From a virus (taxonomy: Duplodnaviria > Caudoviricetes): DNA of 37,274 nt. Positions within the stretch are counted from its first letter, which is position 1. Every line of letters starts with the position of its first letter. The notes under the pieces are model-generated. The model was not told where the DNA came from, ran no database searches, and saw only the letters and a program-made list of their open reading frames with translations. The stretch spans positions 1 to 37,274 of the IMG/VR virus record IMGVR_UViG_3300050143_000080; one strand, 5' to 3'. The position numbers and the translations under genes were made by a program. This document shows, one piece after another, positions 24,540 to 33,868 of this stretch.

Positions 24540-24560
24540 CAGCCGCATTGGAGAAACACC

Positions 24561-25319
24561 ATGATCAACTTCAGCGCGGGCAAGCTCATCGCTGTCCCAA
24601 CCACCCTGGCCGATGGCTCTGCCATTGCGCTGCCCCAGCCAGTGGTGCTGGGTGACTTGCAGGATGTGACCATCGACCTGTCGGTTGAAACCAAGATGCT
24701 GTACGGCAGCGGCAAGTATCCCATTGCCGTGGGCCAGGGCAAGGCCAAGAGCCAGATCAAGGCCAAGTACGCGAACATCAGCGGGACCATTCTGGGCAGC
24801 TTGTTCCTGGGCAAGACCGCCACTGCTGGCATCAAGGATGCTGTGATCGACCAGGCTATCAGCGTGCCTGCAGCATCGCCTTACACCCTCACCGTGGCGC
24901 CCCCTAGCTCTGGTACCTTTGTCGAGAACCTGGGCATTCGCAATGCCACCACGGGTGATGTATTGACCCGCGTTGCATCGGCACCCACCACTGGCCAATA
25001 CAGCGTGAACGCATCTGGTCAGTACACCTTTGCTGCGGCTGATGCCTCTGCTGGCCTGCTGGCCAGCTATGAGTTCTCGGCCACCAGCTCGACCGCCCAG
25101 ACCTTCGACATTACCAACGACCAGATGGGCTACGCCCCCAGCTTCAGCCTGATGCTGCGCAACAGCTTTGACGGCAAAAGCATGGTGCTCAAGCTGAACC
25201 GCTGCATCAGCGGAAAGCTGAACATTCCGCTGAAGAACGACGACTTTGCCCTGTGCGACTTTGAAGCCGATGCGTTCGCCAACGCAGCGGGCAAGGTCGG
25301 CTACATCTGCCTGTACTGA
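24561..25319 (+). CDS. Major tail tube protein
   Basis: GGAG RBS; G.LQDV.ID, K.LYG...YP.AV..GK, K.DDF motifs; position. Confidence 0.75.
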   Translation: MINFSAGKLIAVPTTLADGSAIALPQPVVLGDLQDVTIDLSVETKMLYGSGKYPIAVGQGKAKSQIKAKYANISGTILGSLFLGKTATAGIKDAVIDQAISVPAASPYTLTVAPPSSGTFVENLGIRNATTGDVLTRVASAPTTGQYSVNASGQYTFAAADASAGLLASYEFSATSSTAQTFDITNDQMGYAPSFSLMLRNSFDGKSMVLKLNRCISGKLNIPLKNDDFALCDFEADAFANAAGKVGYICLY

Positions 25320-25320
25320 C

Positions 25321-25689
25321 ATGATCATGATTGAAGTCAAAACAGTCACCTTCGCGGGCCATGCTTTGCCCGTGCTGCCACTGCCGCTGGGCGTGGTGCG
25401 CCGCTTGCTGGTGGTCTCCAACCGCCTGCGCGAGTCGATCAGCAGCGGCACGCTGACCGACGCCACCACCGAGGACATGATCTTGATCGTGTCCTTGGGC
25501 ACTGGTGTGTCTGTGGCCGAGCTCGACGCGATGCCCGGCACCATGACCGAGCTTGAGGGAGCCATGGAGACCGTGGTGCAGCTGGCCGGTCTTGTCTCTC
25601 GCAAGGATGCGGGGGGCGGCAAGCTGGGGGAAGCGATGGCGCCAGCGACGACCCAGAGCGCTGGTTTGACGACCTCTACGCCTACCTGA
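25321..25689 (+). CDS. Tail assembly chaperone (gpG-like)
   Basis: Lies between tail tube and tape measure; GGGGGAA near its 3' end. Confidence 0.75.
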   Translation: MIMIEVKTVTFAGHALPVLPLPLGVVRRLLVVSNRLRESISSGTLTDATTEDMILIVSLGTGVSVAELDAMPGTMTELEGAMETVVQLAGLVSRKDAGGGKLGEAMAPATTQSAGLTTSTPT

Positions 25690-25955
25690 TCACGTGCACG
25701 GGCTGGACATGGCAACACATCGACCAGCACGTGACCTTGCATCAGGTGCAGGCCATGAGCCGCTTCTGGGAGCACACACCACCAGCTGCCTTGCAACTCA
25801 AGCGCATTGCCCTTTGGGTGGGCTTGACCCCCAACGCACCTGCCCAGCCTGCCGCACAGACGCCTGCTGCGGCAATTGACATGGCCCGAACGGCTGGCAT
25901 CCCAGTCGCTGAGGGCCGACCTGATGACCCATACCTCGACCTGATCGGTTGGTAG
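25626..25955 (+). CDS. gpT-like -1 frameshift extension of the tail chaperone
   Basis: The -1 frame is open from G GGG GAA (25626-25632): ...WFDDLYAYLITCTGWTWQHID... to the stop at 25955. Confidence 0.72.
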   Translation, partial: GGSDGASDDPERWFDDLYAYLITCTGWTWQHIDQHVTLHQVQAMSRFWEHTPPAALQLKRIALWVGLTPNAPAQPAAQTPAAAIDMARTAGIPVAEGRPDDPYLDLIGW

Positions 25956-25965
25956 GAGCAAAGCG

Positions 25966-28347
25966 ATGACAGATCCACGTGCAACAGTCATCATCGATGG
26001 CGATGTCGGGCCCCTGCGCAAGAAACTGCGCGAGGGGCTCGATGACATTCAGGGCTTTCAAAGCCGCGTCAGCGCGACCTTCGGGGGCTTGCGTGACACC
26101 ATCGGCAACCTTGGCAACATCATGGCGACCCTGGGCGCCATTCGCATGGTGCAGCTGGTCGACGATGCCACCTTGGTGACCGCACGCCTGAAGGATGTGA
26201 CGGGCTCAGCCGAAGGCGCCGCTGAGGCCAAGCAACGCCTGATGGCCAGCGCGCAGCGCCTGCAGGTTGGCTACACAGACCTGGCTGGCTCGGTGGCCAA
26301 GATGCTGCCAGCACTGCAGGCCATGGGTGGTGGTACCAATGAGGCCATCAAGCTGGCTGAGATCCTGGCCACCACGGCCAAGCTCTCTGGTGCTTCGACA
26401 CAAGAGGCGGCCTCTGCCCAAACTCAGTTCGCCCAAGCCCTGGCCAGCGGCGTGCTGCAGGGCGATGAGCTCAAGTCCATCCTGGAGAACAACTCAGCCC
26501 TGGCCCGTGTGATGGCTGAGGGCCTGGGCGTGGGTGTTGGCGAGCTCAAGCGCCTGGGCACTGAGGGCAAGCTCACGGCTGATGTGGTGGCGAATGCCCT
26601 GATGGGCCAATACGACACGCTCAAGGCCAAGAGTGATGAGCTCCCACAGACCGTGGGTGGTGCCTGGATCAAGGTGACCAACTCGTTCCAGGGCTTTGTG
26701 GAAGCACTGAACGATGGCACCGGCGCATTCAACGTGGTGGGGGCCTTGCTGTCTGGGCTGTCAAAACTCATTGATGCAGTCAAGTCCATGCTTTCCGGTA
26801 CCGGCAGCGAGGCTGACAAGCTGGGGCGCAACAAGTCGGTGGCTTCGTGGGGGGAGACCGTTGGTGCGGTCTTTGCCTACGTGATCGACCTGGGCCGCTC
26901 GGTCTGGCAGACCATCGAGATGGTTGGCCAGGCGATCGGTGGCTTGGCTGCTGCCACCGTGACAGCTCTAAGTGGTGACTTGGCTGGAGCCTCCAACATT
27001 CTCACTGCGACATGGAATGACTTAAAGGGTAAGTCTGCCCAGATCGGTGAGCTGATCACCGGCGGCGCTGGCAGCACGCTGCAGGCCTATGCGCTGGGTG
27101 CAGGTGGTGGCAACTCCAGCGCACCTGATGGCCCATCCAAAAAGATGGTCAGCAAAGTCAAGCCGAAGGATGACGATAAGAGCAAGGACAAAGCCGACCC
27201 ATCGGACATGCCTGCCATCCAGGCCCAACTCGAAGCCCGCAAGCTGCAGTTCATGCAAGAGCACAACCTGCGCGAGATGAACAAGCTCGAGGAAGTCAAG
27301 ACGCTGGAAGAGATCGGCAAAAAGTTCGACCTGAACGCCAAGGACAAGATCCACTTTGCCAAGCAAGTGGCCGCTGCTGAAATCGCAGCTTTGAAGGAGA
27401 TGGCCGAACAGGGGCGCCAACTCGACGATGGTGAGCGCAAGAGCCGCGAAGACCGCGCGCTTGCTGCTGTGCAGGCAGCACAGCAAGAGGCCCGCCAGCA
27501 ACTGGAGCTGGGCAACATCACCAAGGCTGAGTCTTTGGCGTTGGAGCAGCAGTTTGAAGCCCAGCGCAATGAGATTCGCATGCAGGCCCTTCGTGAGCGC
27601 CTGACGCAGACTGACCCCAACCGTGACCCTGTGGCGTACGCCCAGGTGCTGGCTGAGATCGAACAGCTGGAAACCCAGCACGAACTGCGGATGGGGCAGC
27701 TGCGCCAACAGTCTCTGGTGGAAAGCCGCCAGGGCATGATGCAGTTCACCCAGGGCCTGGAAGGGGGCTTTGCTCGCGTGTTCTCTCAAGTGGGCACCAC
27801 CATCAACAGCATCGGTGGGCTGTTCAAGGGCATGTTCCAAGTGGTACTGCAGACCTTTGTGCAGATGCTGGCCCAGATGGCGGCAAAGTGGCTGATCAAT
27901 AAGGTTCTCATGAAGGCCATCAGCAAGACCACAGCGCTGGGTGAGATCGTCACTGAAGCGGGCAAGGCGGGTGCGGGGGGCGTGGCTTCGATGGCTGCGG
28001 CACCATTCCCACTGAACCTGGGCGCACCAGCCTTTGGCGCGAGCATGTCGGCTTTGGCCATGGGCTTTTTGCCGATGGCCAGCGCTGCCGGCGGCTATGA
28101 CATCCCTGCAGGCATCAACCCGCTAACCCAGCTGCATGCCGAAGAAATGGTGCTGCCCAAGCACTTGGCCAACCCGCTGCGAAACATGCTGAGCCAGGAT
28201 GGCCAGCAAGCCGCGGGTGAGGCAAGCAACAGCGTGGTCTACAACGACCACAGCGGCTCTCTCAGCGATGCTGAGATTGAGCGCAAGGCCCATGTGATCG
28301 CCAACGTGCTGAACCGTGCACACCGCAATGGCTGGAGGCCTAAGTGA
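25966..28347 (+). CDS. Tape measure protein
   Basis: 793 aa, Ala/Gly-rich and helical; QFAQALASGVLQGDELKSILEN; C-terminal GGYDIP...H.EEMVLP. Confidence 0.95.
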   Translation: MTDPRATVIIDGDVGPLRKKLREGLDDIQGFQSRVSATFGGLRDTIGNLGNIMATLGAIRMVQLVDDATLVTARLKDVTGSAEGAAEAKQRLMASAQRLQVGYTDLAGSVAKMLPALQAMGGGTNEAIKLAEILATTAKLSGASTQEAASAQTQFAQALASGVLQGDELKSILENNSALARVMAEGLGVGVGELKRLGTEGKLTADVVANALMGQYDTLKAKSDELPQTVGGAWIKVTNSFQGFVEALNDGTGAFNVVGALLSGLSKLIDAVKSMLSGTGSEADKLGRNKSVASWGETVGAVFAYVIDLGRSVWQTIEMVGQAIGGLAAATVTALSGDLAGASNILTATWNDLKGKSAQIGELITGGAGSTLQAYALGAGGGNSSAPDGPSKKMVSKVKPKDDDKSKDKADPSDMPAIQAQLEARKLQFMQEHNLREMNKLEEVKTLEEIGKKFDLNAKDKIHFAKQVAAAEIAALKEMAEQGRQLDDGERKSREDRALAAVQAAQQEARQQLELGNITKAESLALEQQFEAQRNEIRMQALRERLTQTDPNRDPVAYAQVLAEIEQLETQHELRMGQLRQQSLVESRQGMMQFTQGLEGGFARVFSQVGTTINSIGGLFKGMFQVVLQTFVQMLAQMAAKWLINKVLMKAISKTTALGEIVTEAGKAGAGGVASMAAAPFPLNLGAPAFGASMSALAMGFLPMASAAGGYDIPAGINPLTQLHAEEMVLPKHLANPLRNMLSQDGQQAAGEASNSVVYNDHSGSLSDAEIERKAHVIANVLNRAHRNGWRPK

Positions 28348-28934
28348 GCAATGAAGTCTTTCCCTCCCTGCCGGGCATGACGCTCAACATCGAGCGTGAA
28401 GACGAGTGGAGCAATGCGAACCGCCAAAGCGGCTCTGGTCGGTCATTCACCCGCGCGATGTGGACATACCCGGTGCGTCATTACCGGGTGGAATTCGAGG
28501 TGCTGCGCTCTGGTGCTGACGCTGAATTACAGCAGCTGGTGGGCTTCTTCAACCGCCACAAGGGCGACTATGAGACCTGGCTGTTTGACGACCCAATGGA
28601 CAACACCACATCGGGCATCGCTGAGTTCGCTGTGACAGATGGTGTGACTCAGGCCTTTCAGCTCAAGCGGCCATTCGGCGGGGCCATTGCACCCGTGTTC
28701 GATCTGAATGGCGCACCGTTGATCTATGTCGATGGCGTGGCCACCACGGCCTTCACGGTGAACGCCACGGGCAAGGTGACGACAAGCAGTGTGCTGGCTG
28801 CTGGCAAGTCGCTGGGCTGGGAAGGCCAGTGGTACTGGCGCTGCCAATTCAAGACAGGGCGCTTGAGCTACAAGCAGATCATGCAACACCTGCACACTGC
28901 CAAGTCGGTCGAGTTCAAGACGATCAAGCCATGA
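28344..28934 (+). CDS. Distal tail protein (DUF2460-like)
   Basis: FP.LPG, SGR, W.YP, L.GFF...G....LF.DP.D, DG.T..FQL motifs; follows TMP. Confidence 0.8.
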   Translation: MSNEVFPSLPGMTLNIEREDEWSNANRQSGSGRSFTRAMWTYPVRHYRVEFEVLRSGADAELQQLVGFFNRHKGDYETWLFDDPMDNTTSGIAEFAVTDGVTQAFQLKRPFGGAIAPVFDLNGAPLIYVDGVATTAFTVNATGKVTTSSVLAAGKSLGWEGQWYWRCQFKTGRLSYKQIMQHLHTAKSVEFKTIKP

Positions 28935-29809
28935 CCCAGTACATCCGCACGACCACGCCTGCGCTGCAGGCCCTGCTCGATTCTGGTGTGCCGCTGCTGG
29001 TGGCTGATGTGTACACCATCACCACGCCTGGTGGGCTGTCCTTCAAGTGGGCCGATCTGGACGCACCAGTGATCTTTGGTGGCGACACATGGACCTTGGG
29101 CCCTGGCATCAAACGCGGTCGCATCATCAAGACCATGGGCTTGGAGGGCAGCTCGATTGACGTCGAGCTGTTCGATGGTGGGCTCGATGGCCAGAACGTC
29201 GAGGGCCAGCCGTTGATCCCCTGGGTGATCGCTGGCGGCCTGGATGGCGCCCGCGTGGTGGTTCACCAAGTGTTCAGCGCTGGCCCTGGCCAGCCATGGG
29301 TGGGCAAGCTGCACGCCCATGAGGGCAATGTGTCGGATGTGCAGACATCTGGACGTGGTGGCGTGAAGGTCACTGTGCGCAGCTTCACCGAGGTGTTCAA
29401 CCGCTCGCTGCCGCCCACGGTCTACCAGCCCAAGTGCCGCACCCGCTTGTATTCGCCCCTTTGCACCATCAGGCGCGAATCGTGGACGGTGTCAGGCCAG
29501 GCCACAACAGCCAGCAACGCCCTGCGCCTGCAGTTCGGGCACTCATTGCCCAATGCGGCCGGCCATTTCGACTTGGGTGTGATCACGTTCACTGGCGGCG
29601 CCAACTTTGGCATCATCCGCACCGTGCGCCAGCACACCGCAGGCCTGCTGGTGCTCATGCAGCCATTGCCCAAGGCTGTGGCGGCGGGCGATACGTTCAG
29701 GGTCTACCCAGGTTGCGACTTGACGCTTGAAACATGCACGAACAAGTTCAACAACCGGGGGCACTTCAGGGGAATGCCATTCATCCCGCCACCCGACTCA
29801 GTGACATGA
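28931..29809 (+). CDS. Tail tip / baseplate hub protein (DUF2163-BR0599-like)
   Basis: G.LDGA, C...LY...C, GD.F.VYPGCD....C..KFNN...FRG.PFIP. Confidence 0.88.
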   Translation: MTQYIRTTTPALQALLDSGVPLLVADVYTITTPGGLSFKWADLDAPVIFGGDTWTLGPGIKRGRIIKTMGLEGSSIDVELFDGGLDGQNVEGQPLIPWVIAGGLDGARVVVHQVFSAGPGQPWVGKLHAHEGNVSDVQTSGRGGVKVTVRSFTEVFNRSLPPTVYQPKCRTRLYSPLCTIRRESWTVSGQATTASNALRLQFGHSLPNAAGHFDLGVITFTGGANFGIIRTVRQHTAGLLVLMQPLPKAVAAGDTFRVYPGCDLTLETCTNKFNNRGHFRGMPFIPPPDSVT

Positions 29810-30237
29810 CGCCTGACGCACTTCGAGAGGCTGTGTGCGCTGAGGCCTTGCGCTGGCTGGGCACGCCCTACCACCACCACCAGCGGCTGCATGGTGTGGG
29901 TGTGGACTGCATCAACCTGCTCTGTGCGGTTTACCACCAGGTGCAGATTGTGGGTTTCGTCGAGTTGGAGCACTACAGCCAGCGCTGGCACCACCACCGC
30001 AACGAAGAGATCTTCGCGCAGGGCCTGGACAAGTACCTGCAGCGCACGCTGCAACCAGGGCTGGGTGATGTGGTGCTGTTTCGGTTCGGCCGAACGTACA
30101 GCCACGCGGGCATCTTGCTGCCCGGTGGTGAGTTCATCCACGCGTTTGCACGCGTGAAGGGGCGCGGGCAGGTCATGGTCTCGCGCATGGCAGAGGGCTG
30201 GGAGACCAGGGCGCCTCTGTACTGGTCGATTACATAA
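29806..30237 (+). CDS. NlpC/P60-family tail-associated peptidase
   Basis: WLGTPY.H, GVDC, GDVVLF, HAGI, FIHA. Confidence 0.9.
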   Translation: MTPDALREAVCAEALRWLGTPYHHHQRLHGVGVDCINLLCAVYHQVQIVGFVELEHYSQRWHHHRNEEIFAQGLDKYLQRTLQPGLGDVVLFRFGRTYSHAGILLPGGEFIHAFARVKGRGQVMVSRMAEGWETRAPLYWSIT

Positions 30238-30247
30238 GGGGTTTGAG

Positions 30248-33160
30248 ATGGGTGGCAATACCGAGATCCGCAACGAATCGCAGAAGGCCAGCGCGATCCG
30301 CTTTCAGTCGTCGATGTTCGGGGGTGTGGTGCCTGTGCTGCATGGCACCAACATCGTGCCGCCGAACTTGCTGGACTATGGCGACTTCACGGCTTACCAG
30401 CACGAGTCGACCGAGTCGCAAGGTGGCAAGGGCGGCGGCGGTGTGGATACCACCAAGGTCTGGTACACGTACACGGCCAACGTGGTGTTCGGCCTGGTAG
30501 AGGGGCCCATCTACTCCATTGGCAAGACCTGGAAGGGCAAGGTGGCCAGCGATCAGATCACGGTGCTGCTGGGCGAGCAGGGCGGCACGGTGTGGACGCA
30601 GACGGGCCACCCCGATCAGGCCGCGCTGTCCTTCCTGTCCAGCATGGCCGGTGGCGCGCACAACATCAACTATTCAGGCCTGGCACACATTGGCGTGCTG
30701 GATTACGACCTGGGGGAGACAGCGCAGGTTGAAAACCACCGCTTTGAAGTGCGCGGCCCTTCCTCGTTCATGCTCGATGGCATCCCTGACGCACCGCCGG
30801 CGGCTGTGCTCTATGACTGGATCAGCAATTACTCGCGCGGCCTGGGGCAGTCGGATGTGATCGAGCCCACGGCCTCGGGCTCGATGCTGGATTTTGATCA
30901 GTACACGCGGGCCGCTGGTATCTGGATCTCCCCGCTGCTGCAAGAGCAAGCGCCCGCCACTGACCGGCTGGCCCTGCTGCAGCGCATCTGCAACTCAGCC
31001 TTGATCGAGGTGGATGGCATGCTGCGCATGGTGCCCCTCGGCGGTGGCGACTTGAGCCGGCAGATCGGCGCCACCACGGCGAGCTGGACGGCTCGGGCGC
31101 AGCCCCAGTATGCGCTGGACCCTGACAGCCTGCTGTCTCGTGGCGCTGACCAGCCGCTGGTGGAGATCAAGCGCAAGCCCGCGGCTGATGCGTACAACAT
31201 CGTCGAGGTCGAGTTCAGGGACCGAAACGCGGACTACGCCCCATCGGTGGCCCGCAAGGTCGACCAAGCATCCATGGACTTGGAGGGCGACAAGCCCGCG
31301 CCAAAGCAAACCATGGACTGGATCTGTGACCCGGCTGTTGCTGACCGCGTGGCGCAGTTGGAACTCAACCGCCACATGCTGCAGCGCGCTGAGTACCGCT
31401 TCGAGCTGCCCTGGAACTTCGCATTGCTCATGCCTACCGCGCTGGTGACGCTCACGGTGCCAGAGCAAGGCCTGGACGCACTGCCCGTGCGCATCACGCG
31501 CCGTGAGGAGACCGACCAGGGCTATGCCTTCGAGGCCACCGACTACACCGACGCCCTGAGCACGCAGCCCCTGCACACCCTGCCGGTGGTGGACGGCTAC
31601 CGCAACGACTACGCGGCCAACCCTGGAAGCACCACGGTGCATGCTGTGTTCGAGGCGCCCAAAGCGCTCAGCGATGGGCTGGAGCTGTGGATTGCTGCCA
31701 CGGGCTCGAATGCTTCCTGGGGTGGCTGCCATGTCTGGATCTCTGCCGATGGGGTGGAATACAAGCAGGTGAGCACGCTGTCCGGTAAGTCTCGCGTGGG
31801 CAAGTTTGACCAGGCGGCCACGACCAGCGCGAGCTTCTTCAAGGTCAAGGGCATGAACGACCAGTTGGGCTCGGGCTCTGCGCTCGATGCCTCGCTGAAC
31901 GCCACGCTATGCTGGGCCAATGGAGAGTTTTTCAACTATGAAACGGCTACGCTGACGGCCTCGGGCTCATACACATTGAATGGTTTGCTGCGAGGGGTGT
32001 ATGGCAGTAGGCGCAGCAGCAAAGCTGTGGATGGCGTATTCGTGCGTTGTGATGGGGCGCTGGCAAAAACAGGCCCTATCGGCCTGCAGATGGTGGGGCG
32101 GCAGATCTGGATCAAGCTGCAGTCGTTCAACATTTTTGGCCTGGCGACGCAGTCATTGTCTGACGTCAGTGCAGTCACATATACGCCCACTGGTGACCTG
32201 GCTCTGGCGCCTGACACGCCGGCCAACCTGGTGCCTGAGGGTGAGTTCAGTTTGCTGCCATTGGGCCGACGGCCGGACACCTGGGACGGTGGCACCGTGA
32301 CGGTCGTGACAGGGCAGAGTGCATTCACTGCAGCTCTGGATTGTTCTGCCTTGCGCACGCAAGGTTTGGTTCGGATCGGAGCGCAGGCCGGTGATCGATT
32401 CTGGGTAACTGCCATGGTGGATGCCTCGACATCGTCCACCTCCGCGAATGCGGGCATGTGCTGGTATGACGCCCAGGGTCAGCGGCTGTCGAGCAGCTCG
32501 GCTGATGTGGCTGTCGGCGCTGGGGCAACATGGATAGCTCGCGCGGGCATTGTGGAAGCGCCGGCATCGGTGGCTTATGGGGTTCCTTGCGTAGAGAGGG
32601 CTTCGGTTGGCTCGGGTGTTGTGCGGGTGGCTGATTTTTCCATTGCGCGGCAGTTGGTGACGCAAGAGCTGCAGGACCTGGCTGCCACCGAATTGACTGA
32701 GATCACAACCGGTGGGTTCAGTGTCAGCAATCGGGGCTCGTTGTCCACGGATTGGGCTGTTGTCAAGATCACGAATGGCGGCAGAGTCATTGTTCGATTG
32801 GTGTGTGACTACGTCGCTTACAACCTCACGGGGGCTGCGGTGGGAGAGGTTGCCTCATTGAGTTTTGGCATGGTTGGTCGTGTGGCGAATGACATCAACA
32901 GCGCAGACTCACTGCTGGTCTCATCGAGCGGCGGGGGGGCTGCGATATCGAGGCAAAGAAGCATCCAGGCCTACGGCTCCACGCCAATGGAGCGAGTGGT
33001 TCTGTCAAGCACGGCCACCGTTTTGCAAGATGGTTATGTTTTCGTCAGTGCGACTCTGATGGGACTGGGCTTCGTCGGCCCGCAGGGGCAGATTGGGGGC
33101 AATCAGGCCAGGCTGACCGTCAGCAATTTTTCAATGACCGTGGAGTCTGTTAAAAAATGA
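30248..33160 (+). CDS. Central tail fibre / host-specificity protein (gpJ-like)
   Basis: 970 aa; GGKGG, YTYTA, EGPI, YSGLA, WGGC.VW.S.DG, L.RG.YG; variable C-terminus. Confidence 0.88.
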   Translation: MGGNTEIRNESQKASAIRFQSSMFGGVVPVLHGTNIVPPNLLDYGDFTAYQHESTESQGGKGGGGVDTTKVWYTYTANVVFGLVEGPIYSIGKTWKGKVASDQITVLLGEQGGTVWTQTGHPDQAALSFLSSMAGGAHNINYSGLAHIGVLDYDLGETAQVENHRFEVRGPSSFMLDGIPDAPPAAVLYDWISNYSRGLGQSDVIEPTASGSMLDFDQYTRAAGIWISPLLQEQAPATDRLALLQRICNSALIEVDGMLRMVPLGGGDLSRQIGATTASWTARAQPQYALDPDSLLSRGADQPLVEIKRKPAADAYNIVEVEFRDRNADYAPSVARKVDQASMDLEGDKPAPKQTMDWICDPAVADRVAQLELNRHMLQRAEYRFELPWNFALLMPTALVTLTVPEQGLDALPVRITRREETDQGYAFEATDYTDALSTQPLHTLPVVDGYRNDYAANPGSTTVHAVFEAPKALSDGLELWIAATGSNASWGGCHVWISADGVEYKQVSTLSGKSRVGKFDQAATTSASFFKVKGMNDQLGSGSALDASLNATLCWANGEFFNYETATLTASGSYTLNGLLRGVYGSRRSSKAVDGVFVRCDGALAKTGPIGLQMVGRQIWIKLQSFNIFGLATQSLSDVSAVTYTPTGDLALAPDTPANLVPEGEFSLLPLGRRPDTWDGGTVTVVTGQSAFTAALDCSALRTQGLVRIGAQAGDRFWVTAMVDASTSSTSANAGMCWYDAQGQRLSSSSADVAVGAGATWIARAGIVEAPASVAYGVPCVERASVGSGVVRVADFSIARQLVTQELQDLAATELTEITTGGFSVSNRGSLSTDWAVVKITNGGRVIVRLVCDYVAYNLTGAAVGEVASLSFGMVGRVANDINSADSLLVSSSGGGAAISRQRSIQAYGSTPMERVVLSSTATVLQDGYVFVSATLMGLGFVGPQGQIGGNQARLTVSNFSMTVESVKK

Positions 33161-33567
33161 GTGCCGCCGTTTGGTCGTTTTACGACAAGTCTACCGGGCT
33201 GTTCACTGGCTTTTTTGCCAGCGGGTCCTTGGACGTGGCCCTTGGTTGCCCGCCTGGCCGTGAGGCTGTCATTGGGGTGTATGACCCGGCCCTGTGGCGG
33301 TTTGATCTAGAGCTTGGGTGCGTTGTGGCCATTGATGCATCTGCGGGTGATCTGGGCGGACAAGCACTGACTGCTCTGCCTGCTGGCATCGAGGCCATGG
33401 CGCAACTCAGGGCTGCTGAGGCGGAATCGCTGCGCGCAATGAGGGAGCTTGTTCTTGCCATGGCGCAGGGCTCTGTGCTGCCTGCTCATGCTCTCGCAAA
33501 GCTGGCTCAGACGGATCAGGAGGCTGCGGCGAGACGAGCGGAGCTGCCGCCACCGCAGGCCCCCTGA
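33157..33567 (+). CDS. Hypothetical tail-associated protein
   Basis: ATGA-coupled to the gpJ-like gene; WSFYD..TG.F.G start. Confidence 0.65.
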   Translation: MSAAVWSFYDKSTGLFTGFFASGSLDVALGCPPGREAVIGVYDPALWRFDLELGCVVAIDASAGDLGGQALTALPAGIEAMAQLRAAEAESLRAMRELVLAMAQGSVLPAHALAKLAQTDQEAAARRAELPPPQAP

Positions 33568-33579
33568 AACTGTGGTCTG

Positions 33580-33630
33580 TGCACGTTGTGCACTTTCTTC
33601 CTAGAAAGTGCACAAGCCTTTCGGGATGCT
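33580..33630 (+). promoter_or_regulatory. Late promoter 2: second copy of the 36-bp palindromic repeat, then TCGGGA and a -10-like GATGCT
   Basis: 33580-33615 identical to 21189-21224; TCGGGA at the same spacing. Confidence 0.75.
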
Positions 33631-33638
33631 CACACCCC

Positions 33639-33863
33639 ATGAGCACCGCCACCGACATGCTGACCAAATACCTCGATGCAGAGGTAGCCATCTTGCAGGG
33701 CAAGGAGGTTCGCATCGGGGACCGCACCTTCCGCTACGAAGACCTGGCCGTTGTGCAGCAAGGCCGGCGCGAGTGGGAAGCCCGTGCACGTGCTGAAGCA
33801 CGCAACGCATCAGGCGCCAACACCATTGGTGGCCTGGGCTTTTCTGTGGCGCGGATGGACTGA
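33639..33863 (+). CDS. gpW-like head completion protein (74 aa)
   Basis: A..ML..YL.AE.AIL.GK......R.....DL..V..GR.EWE; directly before portal. Confidence 0.85.
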   Translation: MSTATDMLTKYLDAEVAILQGKEVRIGDRTFRYEDLAVVQQGRREWEARARAEARNASGANTIGGLGFSVARMD

Positions 33864-33868
33864 GCAGC

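Noticed and set aside
21189-33615. 36-bp palindromic repeat read as a CRISPR repeat or as attL/attR prophage ends
   Set aside because: Only two copies 12.4 kb apart, no spacers or cas genes, no integrase, and essential phage genes lie on both sides
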